The position numbers were made by a program, and so were the translations under genes. The notes beneath the pieces are model-generated. The model saw only the letters and a list, made by a program, of their open reading frames with translations. It did not search any database and had not been told where the DNA came from. Below are positions 1 to 11,641 of a stretch of 41,405 nucleotides of DNA, piece after piece (the stretch's first letter is position 1; every line of letters begins with the position of its first letter). The DNA comes from Phoronis australis. Its lineage: Eukaryota; Animalia; Phoronida. The stretch covers positions 1 through 41,405 of the forward strand of contig NMRA01001194.1 of NCBI GenBank assembly GCA_002633005.1, written 5' to 3'.

Positions 1-428
1 AGTGAGCACGATTTTGAGTATGAAATCTCGAGTATGAGTATGAGTCTGAGTACGGAGATTGGAGACCGGGCCCAGGGATGTCCAAACCGTTTTCACCACG
101 GTCACTCTTAGTCTTGCAAAATACATGGAGCTGATACAGAGTTGTACCTTGTTCTTGATTTGCTTATCAAGACTTTACTCTTATAAAATCGGTTTCGTAA
201 TAATTTTTTATCGCGACAGGATCATATTTCTGTTACCAGCAAGAATATCGAAATCAATATCGGTGACTCCTGAGAAAACGGAGAATGAAAGGACTAATTA
301 GATTAGCAATCTAATTATAAAAAATAATTGCTGGCGGTCTGATACACGTTGTACCAGACGGGCGCAGGCCTCGCATGTGGTCTCATTGCACTGATCACCT
401 GGAAATATTTTTATGCTTTATTAATATA

Positions 429-559
429 TGGTTAAAACCGAGCTGAGGAGCTAGAAACCTGGCTCAAGGGTTTACCAGTGTGAATCCTTGAGCCAGGTAA
501 CGGTTCACAATGCTAAACCCTTGAGCCAGGTTTCTACCTCCTCAGCTCGGTTTTAACCA
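429..559. mobile_element. Palindromic MITE-like / fold-back element (~130 bp)
   Basis: The left arm TGGTTAAAACCGAGCTGAGGAGCTAGAAACCTGGCTCAAGGGTTTACCAGTGTGAA is a near-perfect reverse complement of the right arm ending ...CTCAGCTCGGTTTTAACCA. No coding capacity and no clear TSD. Confidence 0.7.
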
Positions 560-783
560 ACCTAATTAGGGCGGAATGCAGCTTTTTAGTTGCACATATC
601 TTTCTCACTTCAGAAGTGGGGAATGATTTGTATTAAGTGGTTTCAGTAAATTTTGGGCATTTTTATTTCCATCGTTGTGCTTAATGTAAGAAACCACGAT
701 GCCAACCATCTAGAACCACAAGCTGTCTGAAACACTTTCCAGTTGTTCTTCACTCATTGGTACTCCATGAAGTTTTCCATACA

Positions 784-2106
784 TCACGTTTTTGAACGCG
801 GAAACGCTGACAACCCCTTGCGTCCTCTGCCAGACCTAGAGGTCTTCAGAGATGTCAACTTGCCCGATGGTAGCTTGTTAGACTTGAGTGATTTCAGTGA
901 CTTGCGCGTTGCTCTCTTGATTATTTTGCTGGACGTCGGCGACTTCACAGATGGTGGTTTATTTGATGATTGCCTACTTGCCTTGCTAGATCTCGACGAC
1001 CTTTTACTTTTCGACGCCATCATCGTAATCTTTCTTTCAAATTCTCTGTCGTAAAGAGAGTAATTGTCCGCGCCTTCTTCGGCATCATATTCCTCGCGGT
1101 TCTGAATCGTTCCCTCGTCGCTTTCTTCAGCTATTTTGTAAATCCTCATAATGAGCTTTTTTCTTATGTACACGACAAGCACGGCGAAACATTGTCCCGT
1201 CGGTAGAGCTAAAAAGATAAGAATTAAAAAATACGCCACTGTCCGCATCGGCTGTTGCTCGAAGTTCAGAATGACAGCTATGTTGTTTTTACCGTAGTGA
1301 TCAGTACCGCCGTTCAGGAGATACACAGCAGCGAATGTGAAATACGATAGCGCGAACAATTCAGCAAACCAGACGTGTTGCACGTACATCGGATGCGATA
1401 CAAGAAACATTTCGATCACTAGTAAAACGAAAGTAATCACGAATCGATGGTAGTGCGTATAATAAAAGACGACGTCCTGTCTTTTGCTGACGATGAGGAA
1501 TACGAAAATCCAAATTAAACTAAGACTGACGTTAAAACATATGTTGAGTAGAACCCATCTCGTTTTATTGTACCACGATAGACTTGTGCTTTCTGGACAT
1601 GCGTGACAAAAGGAAGTTGACGAATGCAGTGCATTGGTCTCAATATCTAGGCTCGTCAAATGTTTCCGAGGCGTAGCAATAATTTCTTCGGATTGCTTCA
1701 ACTCGCTCACGGTGGCACTACTTCGCCAAGGGCGTTCATTTTCGCCAGAGTCTTTCCTATTAACTGTAGCCAGGGTGACAGGCACTACTTGGGATTTTCG
1801 TCTCAAGTTAATCGCGTAAAGCTGAGACAAAAAGGCGACGATGAAATACATTGTTGCTACGACGTTTTGCCAGGTATCAAAATATAAAAATAATTTCCAG
1901 GCGTCCCTGACTGACAATTTGTAAAATGTGACAAAGAGATATGGTCCAGTTAGAAGAAGAACAATTTCGTACAGAGCCACAACCCCACGGTAAACGAGAA
2001 CAACATTGGAGTGGTTGATGGGCCAAGCAAAGCGAGCAAAATCCTCGTTGTTGCCTTCAAAGTAGAAGAAAAACTTTTGTTGACAGTTGTCGTCTAAACA
2101 GTTCAT
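784..2106 (-). CDS. rost: Protein rolling stone-like multipass membrane protein (440 aa, intronless CDS)
   Basis: Family-like motifs: VYRGVVALY, LFLYFDTW..VATMYF, LSWYNKTRWVLLNI, IEMFLVSHP..VQH, YLLNGGTDHYGKNNIAVILNFEQQP; about six hydrophobic segments. A splice acceptor lies just upstream (AG at 2134-2133), and AAG|GTAAGC at 2563/2562 suggests a 5'UTR intron. The symbol denotes the family, not proven orthology. Confidence 0.85.
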   Translation of the reverse strand: MNCLDDNCQQKFFFYFEGNNEDFARFAWPINHSNVVLVYRGVVALYEIVLLLTGPYLFVTFYKLSVRDAWKLFLYFDTWQNVVATMYFIVAFLSQLYAINLRRKSQVVPVTLATVNRKDSGENERPWRSSATVSELKQSEEIIATPRKHLTSLDIETNALHSSTSFCHACPESTSLSWYNKTRWVLLNICFNVSLSLIWIFVFLIVSKRQDVVFYYTHYHRFVITFVLLVIEMFLVSHPMYVQHVWFAELFALSYFTFAAVYLLNGGTDHYGKNNIAVILNFEQQPMRTVAYFLILIFLALPTGQCFAVLVVYIRKKLIMRIYKIAEESDEGTIQNREEYDAEEGADNYSLYDREFERKITMMASKSKRSSRSSKASRQSSNKPPSVKSPTSSKIIKRATRKSLKSLKSNKLPSGKLTSLKTSRSGRGRKGLSAFPRSKT

Positions 2107-2686
2107 CCTCGGGTCTTTCTATCTTTCATGTGCTGAAAATAAAGAGCATTTAGTTTCTACCTTCACTTACATGTCATTAACCACTGGGTCGACTGATCAA
2201 ATATTCACATTTTGTTGGAACTTTATCTTGCAAAACGGTAACAAACCGTTACGCACTCACTACATGTACGTGTAGATGGTTTTCAACAGAGTCAAATTTG
2301 CGGCGACATCAAGGCAACGCTTAATGACCGATTCTTCACTCTAGTCTCTGACTCTGCTCTTTTCTGTCCCATCCCCGTCTTTCAAACACGTTTGTGTACA
2401 GATGCTATGATCTATGCAATGTCTGGACAGAGTAAATACTGTTAAACGTGATCAAAGAAAGGGCATAAAATTGCCGAAATTCTTTTACTTTCCATCAGAA
2501 GGCCTCGTAAAGCTAAGGATGAACACTGTAGAAGATGCATTCGACAGTTCAATACTGCTTACCTTCCTTTGCTAGTTTGAACAGCACCTTGTGTACTTTC
2601 CTACTCTCAATAACTGTTTTTGAAATTCTCCTCAGAAGTATATGGCTTTGCTAACTGACAGCAGATGTCGAAACAAAATCAATGTA

Positions 2687-2696
2687 ATGACGTCAT
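2687..2696. promoter_or_regulatory. Palindromic CRE/ATF site upstream of the putative first exon of the rost-like gene
   Basis: ATGACGTCAT lies ~125 bp upstream of the putative first-exon donor at 2563. Confidence 0.35.
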
Positions 2697-3389
2697 GAAG
2701 TAGATAAGCATAAAGCCACACAAGCGGAATCTTTTTTACATTATTTTGAGTAAAATGCGATAAGAAGACTGTCAATATTAATCATGTCGCAATGAGAGTA
2801 GCATTAAACCACTAAGTGGATCATTAATACGCTCAGAAGCCAGTCCGTGGCAGCATAGAATGTAATACATGTATGTGGACCGCCAACTCTGTATTTGTAC
2901 GCGTCTATTGTTTCGTCCACCATCTTGAATATGTAACTAGATAGAGTAAACAAACAACTTTACGTGCGTTTTCCACGTGAGTGGGCGTGAGAGTAATTAA
3001 TCTCTTATTTTCCGAAGGATATCTATTAAATTGTCAAAGGTTGCTATTAAACGACTGCCAAAATTTCAGCATTATCACAAGGTTACTTTCCTTCTTCGGA
3101 ACGTCTCGTCCTCGACTTTGGAGCGCATTTAACATGCCGATGATTTTAGTATTGATCCACATTTTCATTTACATGACCAAGACTCAATATACTATCAGTT
3201 AGACCTCATTACAAAGAAAAATCAAGTTTTCAAAGCATCAGTGATCTTGCACACCAGCCACGACCAACACTATTGGCCGCGAAGTTACTAGCTGCGCCCG
3301 TGTTACTTTGGACAAGCACATGTACATGTAGGTCGGTTTCTCATTAACCGGATGGTGGGGCTTTGGGGAATTCCATTAGCAAATCGTTG

Positions 3390-3930
3390 TTTACGATCTG
3401 TGGTGGAAGGAATCAGTTTGGTGGTTTGCACCACTCTGAGCACACCTCAAGCTGGTACTGTTTCACCTAAAATCGTCGGCGGCAAAGCCAGTTAAATCTC
3501 TTTGCAGCCTATTGGTCCATCCAAAAGACAAGCAGGATGTTTACGACTGTGCTTGTGTCGTTGTTAACGTGCTTCGTAATAGCTTTGAATTTGTGTACAT
3601 CGGAGAGACTGGTCAAAATCTGGGCACGCGCATTTCTGATCCGTTACAGGAAACAGTTGGAATTAGACAGCTTCAACCATTTCACTTGCAGACAGAGAAG
3701 ATTTTCTAAGTTTCTTGACTTAATTCACAAATCTGCAATACTGACCATGTCATGCAAAAGAAGCATGACTACTGACTGGGAATATATGTCTCCATCTTGG
3801 ACTCAATTTTCAATAGGTTCACGAGATGGATCAGACAGCCAGTGTACATATTAGGAAAGCTGATAATCCTTGCACGAATAGGAATTCGGAACAATTCCAT
3901 CTGGACCCTTCTCACAATTATATGTTGAAA
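3390..3930 (+). mobile_element. Decayed Penelope-like retroelement, GIY-YIG endonuclease region
   Basis: Translates to AAKPVKSLCSLLVHPKDK...VYIGETGQNLGTRISD, then HKSAI...DWE in a shifted frame. This matches the PLE pattern KP..TLRSLLVHPKDK...YIGETGR.L..R..EH. Frameshifted. Confidence 0.8.
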
Positions 3931-4421
3931 CCTAGTCAACCAATCAGATTCCAATATTTACAATCTCTGAGTGCCATGTTCAAAATACCGAATTAAAGTG
4001 TTCTCGATAATTTCGAGTCTAGCAATTTTGCGGCCATACCGACGCAGAAAATGGTTTTTGATAGAACCACCTGAAGAACGCATAGAAAGGGAACATACCG
4101 TGTGGCCGATACAGTGTTGTGTACGTTTGGACGCAATCGTCCAGAAGACAATTGACATTCTATCTCGTCAACAATCGGAAATTCTGACGGCTTAGGTTGT
4201 TTGTCATCATTAGATCACATTCTGTTGTATTATGATATAATAACAATAAGTTTATCTTCCGGTTTCACAACTTTGATATTTTGACATACAATTTTAATTT
4301 AACAACACGTTCGAAACTAAGATACAGCCACTGGAATTACAGTTCTTATTATAGTATATAGACATCCTGGTGTAAGAAATCAAATCTTTAAAGAACACCA
4401 AAATTTCCCTGCTGCCATTAT

Positions 4422-5133
4422 GGCGTTTTGTCCATGCCCATCTTGAAGAGTTTTATTTAGTTTTATCTATTTACGTCATAATAAATGACACTATTCTCAA
4501 TCCTCCTCTTTTACTCTGCAACATAGCTCGTGGCATACCCCGGGCAAAATAGATTACGATAAATTAAATTTAACTTGTTAAACGCATTTATCGTCATTAA
4601 TTTGACATTTGTCTCTTTATTTTGATATCAACCCTTAGGGTTCATTTTGCATTACTCATTTCTTTTTATAGCCTCAAGGGCCTACTTTTGTAGTCATACA
4701 TTTCTCCATGCGACACTTGATTGGTCGCCCATATTTCCTTTGTTCAGTTGAACGTGGTCTCTCTCATTCAGCCACCTACCTCGTCGTCTACAAGACCTAC
4801 GTTCGTTCTCTGCATTTTTTCCCCACCCCCATCCCGGGTGTCGGTTCCACTTTACTCTTTTCTCATATACACTTCCTGTTAGGTGTTTTCAAGTTTGTGT
4901 TCATGTTCTGTACTTTTCCTTTAAGCCCTTCAGGCAGTTCTTTTGTTTTGGTTCCCTCTTTCAGGGCTATTCCTTGTACACGCCGGTGGGCGTATTGTCC
5001 ATGCCCATCTTGCAGAGTCTTATTTAGTTTTATCTATTTACGTCATAATAAATGACATTATTCTCAATCCTCCTCTTGTTTTACTCTGCAAAATAGCTCG
5101 TGGTGTACCCCGGGCAAAATAGATTACGATAAA
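4422..5133 (+). repeat. Direct repeat of ~143 bp (4422-4563 and 4989-5133)
   Basis: GGCGT.TTGTCCATGCCCATCTTG...CCCGGGCAAAATAGATTACGATAAA occurs twice with few differences. Confidence 0.85.
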
Positions 5134-5523
5134 ATACGTATTTCACCTTACACCTACATGTACATTACAGTTCAGTTCGAAATTACATACGCTCAAACCA
5201 TGGCTTTCATCAACTAATATATGTGTTATATCAAATCGCCGCGTTACTGTCTACATAGTAATACTGGCAACGAGGGTAAAGAAATACTTTCATCTTAATG
5301 GTACAACATTTTCACGTGCCTGTACCGCTGTCATGAAATCTATGAAATTCATGATACATATGTACATTACTAAGTATGTTAGTTTGATAGTATTGGTGAT
5401 ATTATTTCTTTGCTAACAAATTGTTTGTGTTTATAGTAACTTGTTTTGGCTGTCAGCTGAGTCAGCAACCGACCCATCCGGTGCGTCCACTCATGTTTTG
5501 ATGATCTCCGTAGTATACGAGAT

Positions 5524-5886
5524 TGTGTAATGGTTATTCACAGAATCATTGCCTTGAGACAGCTGACCAATACCATATATGGCAGATGATTGTTGTGAAA
5601 GTTGAGTTGCTTCCTGTTATTTCCTGTAGAATCGTGAATCATAAAGTTTAGTGCATGCAACCCACAAACATGTATTTGTAACTTGCACATAAATCCGTTC
5701 ACTTGTCTAATAAAGACAATCCTCTTCTTGCTGCTGTCAGTTGCTTTTAGTAGGGTACTTGAGTGTTCCGCACTTAGTTACTGAATACAACCATCTCACT
5801 GACGGATCGAGACAGCCCACACAACACAACGCTGGTATTAAGTCGAGTTATTCTACTATTCTACTACATTGTTTGGTGCAGTGACC
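5524..5886 (+). mobile_element. Putative 5' LTR and primer-binding site of a BEL/Pao element
   Basis: TGT at 5524, AATAAA at 5709, ...CTACA at 5868, then TGGTGCAGTGACC (5874-5886), which resembles a tRNA-His-type PBS (TGGTGCCGTGAC). It sits 10 bp before the gag ATG. The LTR start is approximate because no second LTR is present. Confidence 0.5.
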
Positions 5887-5895
5887 TGTGCGAAT

Positions 5896-6692
5896 ATGGA
5901 ACCACAACTGGCCAAACAGAAGAAAGTACGCGGTGCGCACAGAGGACTCATGACGAAGCTTATTGATCGTGCCACCCACTTCATGACTGCGACTCCATCG
6001 TACCATGTTGCCGACCTGGAGAAGGTTCTAAACCAGATACACACCAAGAGAACTCAGCTAGAAATGCTCGATGCCAGCATGATCACCCTGCTTGATGACG
6101 AGGATGCCATCGAAGACGAAGTCATCAGTACTGATGCCTACATGTCTACTGTGCTGGAGATCATTTTCCACGCGACCAGGTTTATTGACCAAGCAAAGAC
6201 CTCACCGACCCCAACCGCTACCAGGTCACCTGCTAGCCACCAGACTCGGACAGTGCAACTGCCCAAGTTGCAACTGCCTATTTTCTCTGGAGACCCCCTC
6301 CAGTGGCTGTCGTTTTGTGACTCTTTTTGTGCTGCGGTCGACTCAGATTCTGGACTAGAGCTAGTCCAGAAGTTACAGTACCTGCGTGTCCACATCGCCG
6401 GCGACGCCACCAATGCCATCGCTGGCCTCCCACTGACGAACGCTAGTTACTCAGGAGCCATCATGGAACTGCTTGCTGACAGTCATGGGAATCCACTCTA
6501 TTGGTCATTGCTTATATGAAAGCTCTGTGGGAAATCAACCCCCCCCCCAACCAACTAGTGCCAGCCTACACCACTTCCGTGACACTCTTGAGACCTACAT
6601 CCGGGGGCTGAGGACCCTGGGTAAAACAGAAGACTCCTACGGTGACCTCTTGGTGCCCATTATCTTTGAGAAAATCCCTGAAGGTGTGAAAG
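5896..6692 (+). mobile_element. BEL/Pao retrotransposon gag remnant (DUF1759-type), frameshifted and truncated
   Basis: N-terminal coiled coil, then LPKLQLPIFSGDPLQWLSFCDSFCAAVD...KLQYLRVHIAGDATNAIAGLPLTNASY. After a frameshift near 6500 it continues SLHHFRDTLETYIRGLRTLGKTEDSYGDLLVPIIFEKIPE. No protease, RT or integrase follows. Confidence 0.9.
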
Positions 6693-9600
6693 AACAGGGG
6701 GGAAATAATTGCAAATTTCACGAGAAAAAGATGTGGTGTGTAATGTCGGTTACGTATTCAGTGACGAACTTAGCATGAAGGTAAAAGCCTCGAAATTCTT
6801 CCACTTTGTGTGGTATATCCCATGATTATTGGGCGATTCAAGCTCTGTGTGTCGCACTGCTTGTCGTATATGGAAAAAAAGGTCACGCAGTCACATGCAA
6901 AGCACCTGTTACTTCGGCCGGGATGTGGCTTAACTGCGAGAAAAGAATGGTTCTTTTTAAGAATAAATTTCTTGTAGCGTACTATGAAAGACTGTGATTG
7001 ACTTTCGACCTCGTAAGTTTCAATTCAACAAAGCGTCCACTTATAATGCACTGCAGAAGACGTTTAACAACTCCCCGGCCACCACTGGTGACGTTCATAG
7101 CCAAACGACTTGAAATTTGCGAGTAAAGCGATCGAAAAAACGTTTAGAAAACGTAAAAATACGAGCACCAAATTTTAACACGAAGCTTCGGCGTTTTTTT
7201 TTGTCACGATCTTTTACCAAGCCAAGTCCGGGTATACAAGCGCTAGTGCACATATGCCGTCACTCTAATTTTCCAGCGGAGCTTTTCGCCCGTGTTGAGC
7301 ACTGGTGGGCCTGAGTTATGAATTTGTTGAGGATATGGTCTTGTTCAGTGTAGACTAGTGAATTGCAGTACTGTGAGATGTATGGAACGTAGACGTGTGT
7401 ACTCTAGGATATATTTCTTCATACAACTTCATTGCCTTCTCACAATTTTAAATGGTTTCTCAACTGCATTAAAGTAGTTCACTTCGGTTTTGAGAGCTAC
7501 AAGATACATTGAGTCCGGTACTTATGCTGTGGATTATCTGTCTAACAGGCAACACAGATTATCTTAAAAATAGTTACAGATTTTGATTTTTGCTGTCTAG
7601 TGACAATGCACACATCCTGAATGGAACAAACCCTCTAATTTTTGTTTAGCTTCCCTCTGAGTCGTCCTTTGAACAAGAAAAAGCAAATGAAAATGACCGC
7701 TATCAGCCAGTTAACATTTTCCACATTATGCCTGCCAAACTACAGTATATCTCATGTAAGTTCAGTTCAAGTGATTCATCAGTGTTCGATAGGATGCAGT
7801 CATTTACAGCCACCCAATAATTTTTAATCATATTTATCCGTGAAAACCCCACTTCCGATGTTAAGATCTTCAGAGGAGTATTTGCCCTTCCAAAGCAACG
7901 TTCTTGTCTGTCTCGAGTTGAACTAATGTGCTAAAATTCCCTAGTGCTTGCCGTGATGCTTATTCCTAGAATAAATGCATTTCTTGCTACAGTAATATGA
8001 TTTCATTTTGTTTATTTTTTCAATAAAACTGAATTCGGACGCTAACTATTGAGACGTTGCTTATATGAATGGAATTTTCATTGACATATAATTACCAATT
8101 GAACTGGTTGAATTCTACATCTGTTTCCAAACAAAACACTCACTACGAAGGTAACTACGTCTGTCACAGTCCTCGACTGTGTTGCAAAAATTATTGAACA
8201 AAATCACACTACAAGTACAAATGAAGCAGTCTCGGATTACCTCACGCAGAAAGAAAACAAGGGGGACTTACTCTCCTGGAATCACAAGTGATAATTGTAT
8301 GCTATAGTTTAAGCTGAAACTATCGAAGTTTCATATCGAAATTCGCATAATAGACATTTTAGCCCATGAATGTACAGTGTATAGCAAGTTTGGTTCACCA
8401 CTTCATATCAAACCTTGGCCTACAATATTAAAGGAAGCCAAAATCATATCGCATGTAGAATCTAACGTTCGGTTAAGGCCACTTACCGCTGTGAAATAGG
8501 TCAAAACTTGTTAATTACCGAGACGACTAATGTGACTTTTGGTCTTGCAAAAAACTAGCTGTTCGTTACTGCTCGAGACCATACATGCTCGACAAACAAA
8601 ATGACACGCCATGATGAGTCATGTTGTGTAGCCTTCTCTCAAACAATAATGAAATATCAGTTCTTTTCAACTCATGTCATTACACCTATTGTGTCTAAGA
8701 AATACATTCTGACCAATTCCATAACGATCAGTGCTCTCAATAAAAATTTAGTTTTTGGGACGTAAGAGGGGTTTATCGTAGTTATGGGAAGTCTAAAAAC
8801 AAATTGAAGGAATCAGATGCCAAATCATTCAAAGCTTCAGTCCTGTTTTTTTAGTATATTCTGCTTGCCAACGTCATGATATTACTGTATCCAATTTGAA
8901 TAGATATTCCTTCAAAAAATATCAATTCTGAGTAAATTCACCGTGTAAGGTAACTCTGTTTCCAGGTGGATATGAAGAACACCTGAGTGGAAGAGTAACT
9001 GACGTAAGAGATTTTTACTTGGTAAAAGCTTCCTTGAATTGATTCTGCTTTATTTCTGACCATTTCAGCAGTCACTATTGGAACACTCCTCATTCTAATG
9101 CCCATGTGATAGGTTGGGACACTGTCCCACAACAGGAGTCAACAAAACTAGAATAGCTAAGCTGCTTGCAAACTTTGATAAATTGATGTGATAAGGTACC
9201 AACCCTGAGGGAGGGCCCGAGAACGAGGTTCGAACCTGGTGCTCGACTACTTTTCTTCGTTATAACGGACCCGGAAGAATACAAAGAGCCCCCACTGGCG
9301 GGTCTGGCATGTCCCGAGGGAACGACTAAAATTTCAGAAGGTGTCGTTTCGGACAGTCTTCAGTAAAAACTGCATGTCTGGTGCTCTAATCATCATGTTC
9401 CTGTATTTGTACTTATTTCGTTGCCTGAATGAGAATCTCTGACTTAATTACAACAGCATTATTCCTTGTGGTGTTGTGAACTATTTACTGAGTTTGACCC
9501 GGTTACATGCATTTGGAGGTTCTCACGAAATGTGTACATGCGACAGAGTACGTTTGAGTCAGTCGGTAGTACCGGGGAAGGCTTCAGTCGTCTTACGGTG

Positions 9601-11641
9601 GTCAGAAGGAACTTTCTGCATAGCTGGACCCAGATCCTGAACTTCAAAACAAGTGCTTGGAATGAGAGACCTGCTGCATTGACTACTCAATAGTCAACAC
9701 GGCTGAACACTTTTTTGTTTACATTTGCTTGTTTAAATGTTAATTCATAACAAAAATAAGCCTTCATTCTTTCTTAACAGTAAGTGTTCCTTTGATGATT
9801 CGTGTTTCAATACATGTAGCCCATTTCAAGTTCGTCTACTGGTTTAAATGTTCGCGGCCTAACGATTTCAGTAGCTTACAAATATGCTCCCGTTGTTCAA
9901 GTACATGAATCTGGTATAATGGATTGTACGTACTTATCTTATTCCTAGCCTCTGTCTCGTTTTCTTGGACAAGATGATTGACCCTGTGGCACAAACGAGT
10001 TATACTAAATCGATCAGAGATGATGAAAAAGGGGCGGTACACGTCCATATGCTCTCACGCATATGTTTAACGATTCAAATACATTTGTAAATGTGGACCA
10101 ATAGCACTGAGTGCAGGCGTACTCTCTTTAGGAGCGACAACAACTGCTCACGAAAACTTCGTGAGATATCGCCAGCTAAGCTACGCACATGATCAGCAAC
10201 TTCCTCCTTAGGTCAAATTAACTCATGCCAGGTCAGGAGGCACACTTTCAGTGGGGAACGGTTATACGGCGGTCGTGAACAAAGAATTAAGTAGGACGAT
10301 TTTTGTTCAAACAAACTAGTTCCAGTCAGTTGAGGTTAACGTTCAAACATTTCAACGCCAAATAGCCATTACAGATCGCTGAGCACGAACAGGTAAGGCA
10401 AAGTGTAGCATGTGTCATGAGGATTAGGTGAGCTTAGTAGACAAGTTCGATCCCAATTTGGGCCTGGTCAAGTGTGCGCGTCCGACCTTTTAATTCTCAA
10501 AATGCGATATCAGTCACGATCCCTGGAACAGGACAGCAACTGACATAGGACTTACTGTAAGGTGATGTATAAGAACCTTAGAAAAATTCTTATGTTTAGT
10601 TAACGTCGGAGCGTTATATCTCAGACATGGCTGATCGAATTCATATGAAACTTTCGGATACAGCTTTCCAATTAGTGCTGTTAGAAACTGCTCTTAAAAT
10701 GCTCCACTGGTGCATGAGAACTATAGCAACACTAAAACTTTTTTATTTTTATGAAACACTTAAAAGCTGCATCAAAGGAAAAAGAAACGGTTATTCAGAA
10801 AACCCTTTTGAGATTGTATGCTACCAGCCTATAAATAATCCTAAATTTGGACGTTTTATTGATACCATTGTTTTGCTATGGATGAACTCTTGTCACTCGT
10901 GATCCAATTAATGGCATATTGGCAAAAAATCTAAATTTGCTAGCTTTCCAAAAAATGTAAAATTTACCTGGTTAAAAAATATATAGTTTTGTAGATATTT
11001 GGCAAGATACAAAGACTTGTCAACAATGTCCTACATAAAATTTACCATGGGAATTAATAACGGGAGCTACGGAACAACTGTACCGGGTTTTTCTAAGAAA
11101 TACAGCCCGTCATATGCAGCGTTCAAACCTACCTCAGGGGTGCGCTCATCCTTTTAGAGGTAAGGGGTGTACCTGAGCTCCCAAATCTGGGACGTTATAC
11201 CGGCCTGAAAATAAAATGAAAATATCCGACACATGTCCATACCCAAAGCTATTGTGTCACGTTTCTATACCTATTGGAAAAATGCGACACGTCTTTGTAG
11301 CAAAAGCTAGAATCTGTTCCCCAATCCCATACCTATTGAAAGAGGTTTTAAAAACATGACCCATATTTATACCTGATCTGCAGATAGGCTAAGGATTAAT
11401 GATGGTTGATAGTCGGATGGCTGGATTTGCCGTCTTTCAAAATTAGGTCAATATTCATACTGTGCAGAGAATTGTCGTGCAGAAACTTGTATCGAACAAA
11501 ACTAGCCTTTTGACAAACCCAGGCTTAATCTAAAATGGCACGGCCCCCCGGATACGCAAGCACTGAGGAGTTCAGAAATTCGAAGAAATTGCGAATACAA
11601 AGACTTTGTTGTAGGCCGTCGATCAATTACAAAAGGTGGGC

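Noticed and set aside
743-1887. Plus-strand ORFs overlapping the rost-like gene (likewise the minus-strand ORFs within 28028-29543)
   Set aside because: Antisense shadows of real coding sequence with no recognisable motifs.
4708-5055. 115-aa ORF containing VYKTYVRS, reminiscent of a LINE RT C-terminus
   Set aside because: The match is too short; the rest is low-complexity sequence overlapping a direct repeat.
9196-9270. Kringle-like peptide NPEGGPENEVRTWCSTT, and a B-box-like GGTTCGAACC
   Set aside because: Stops lie immediately upstream and the other kringle cysteines are absent; no A box or tRNA cloverleaf is evident.
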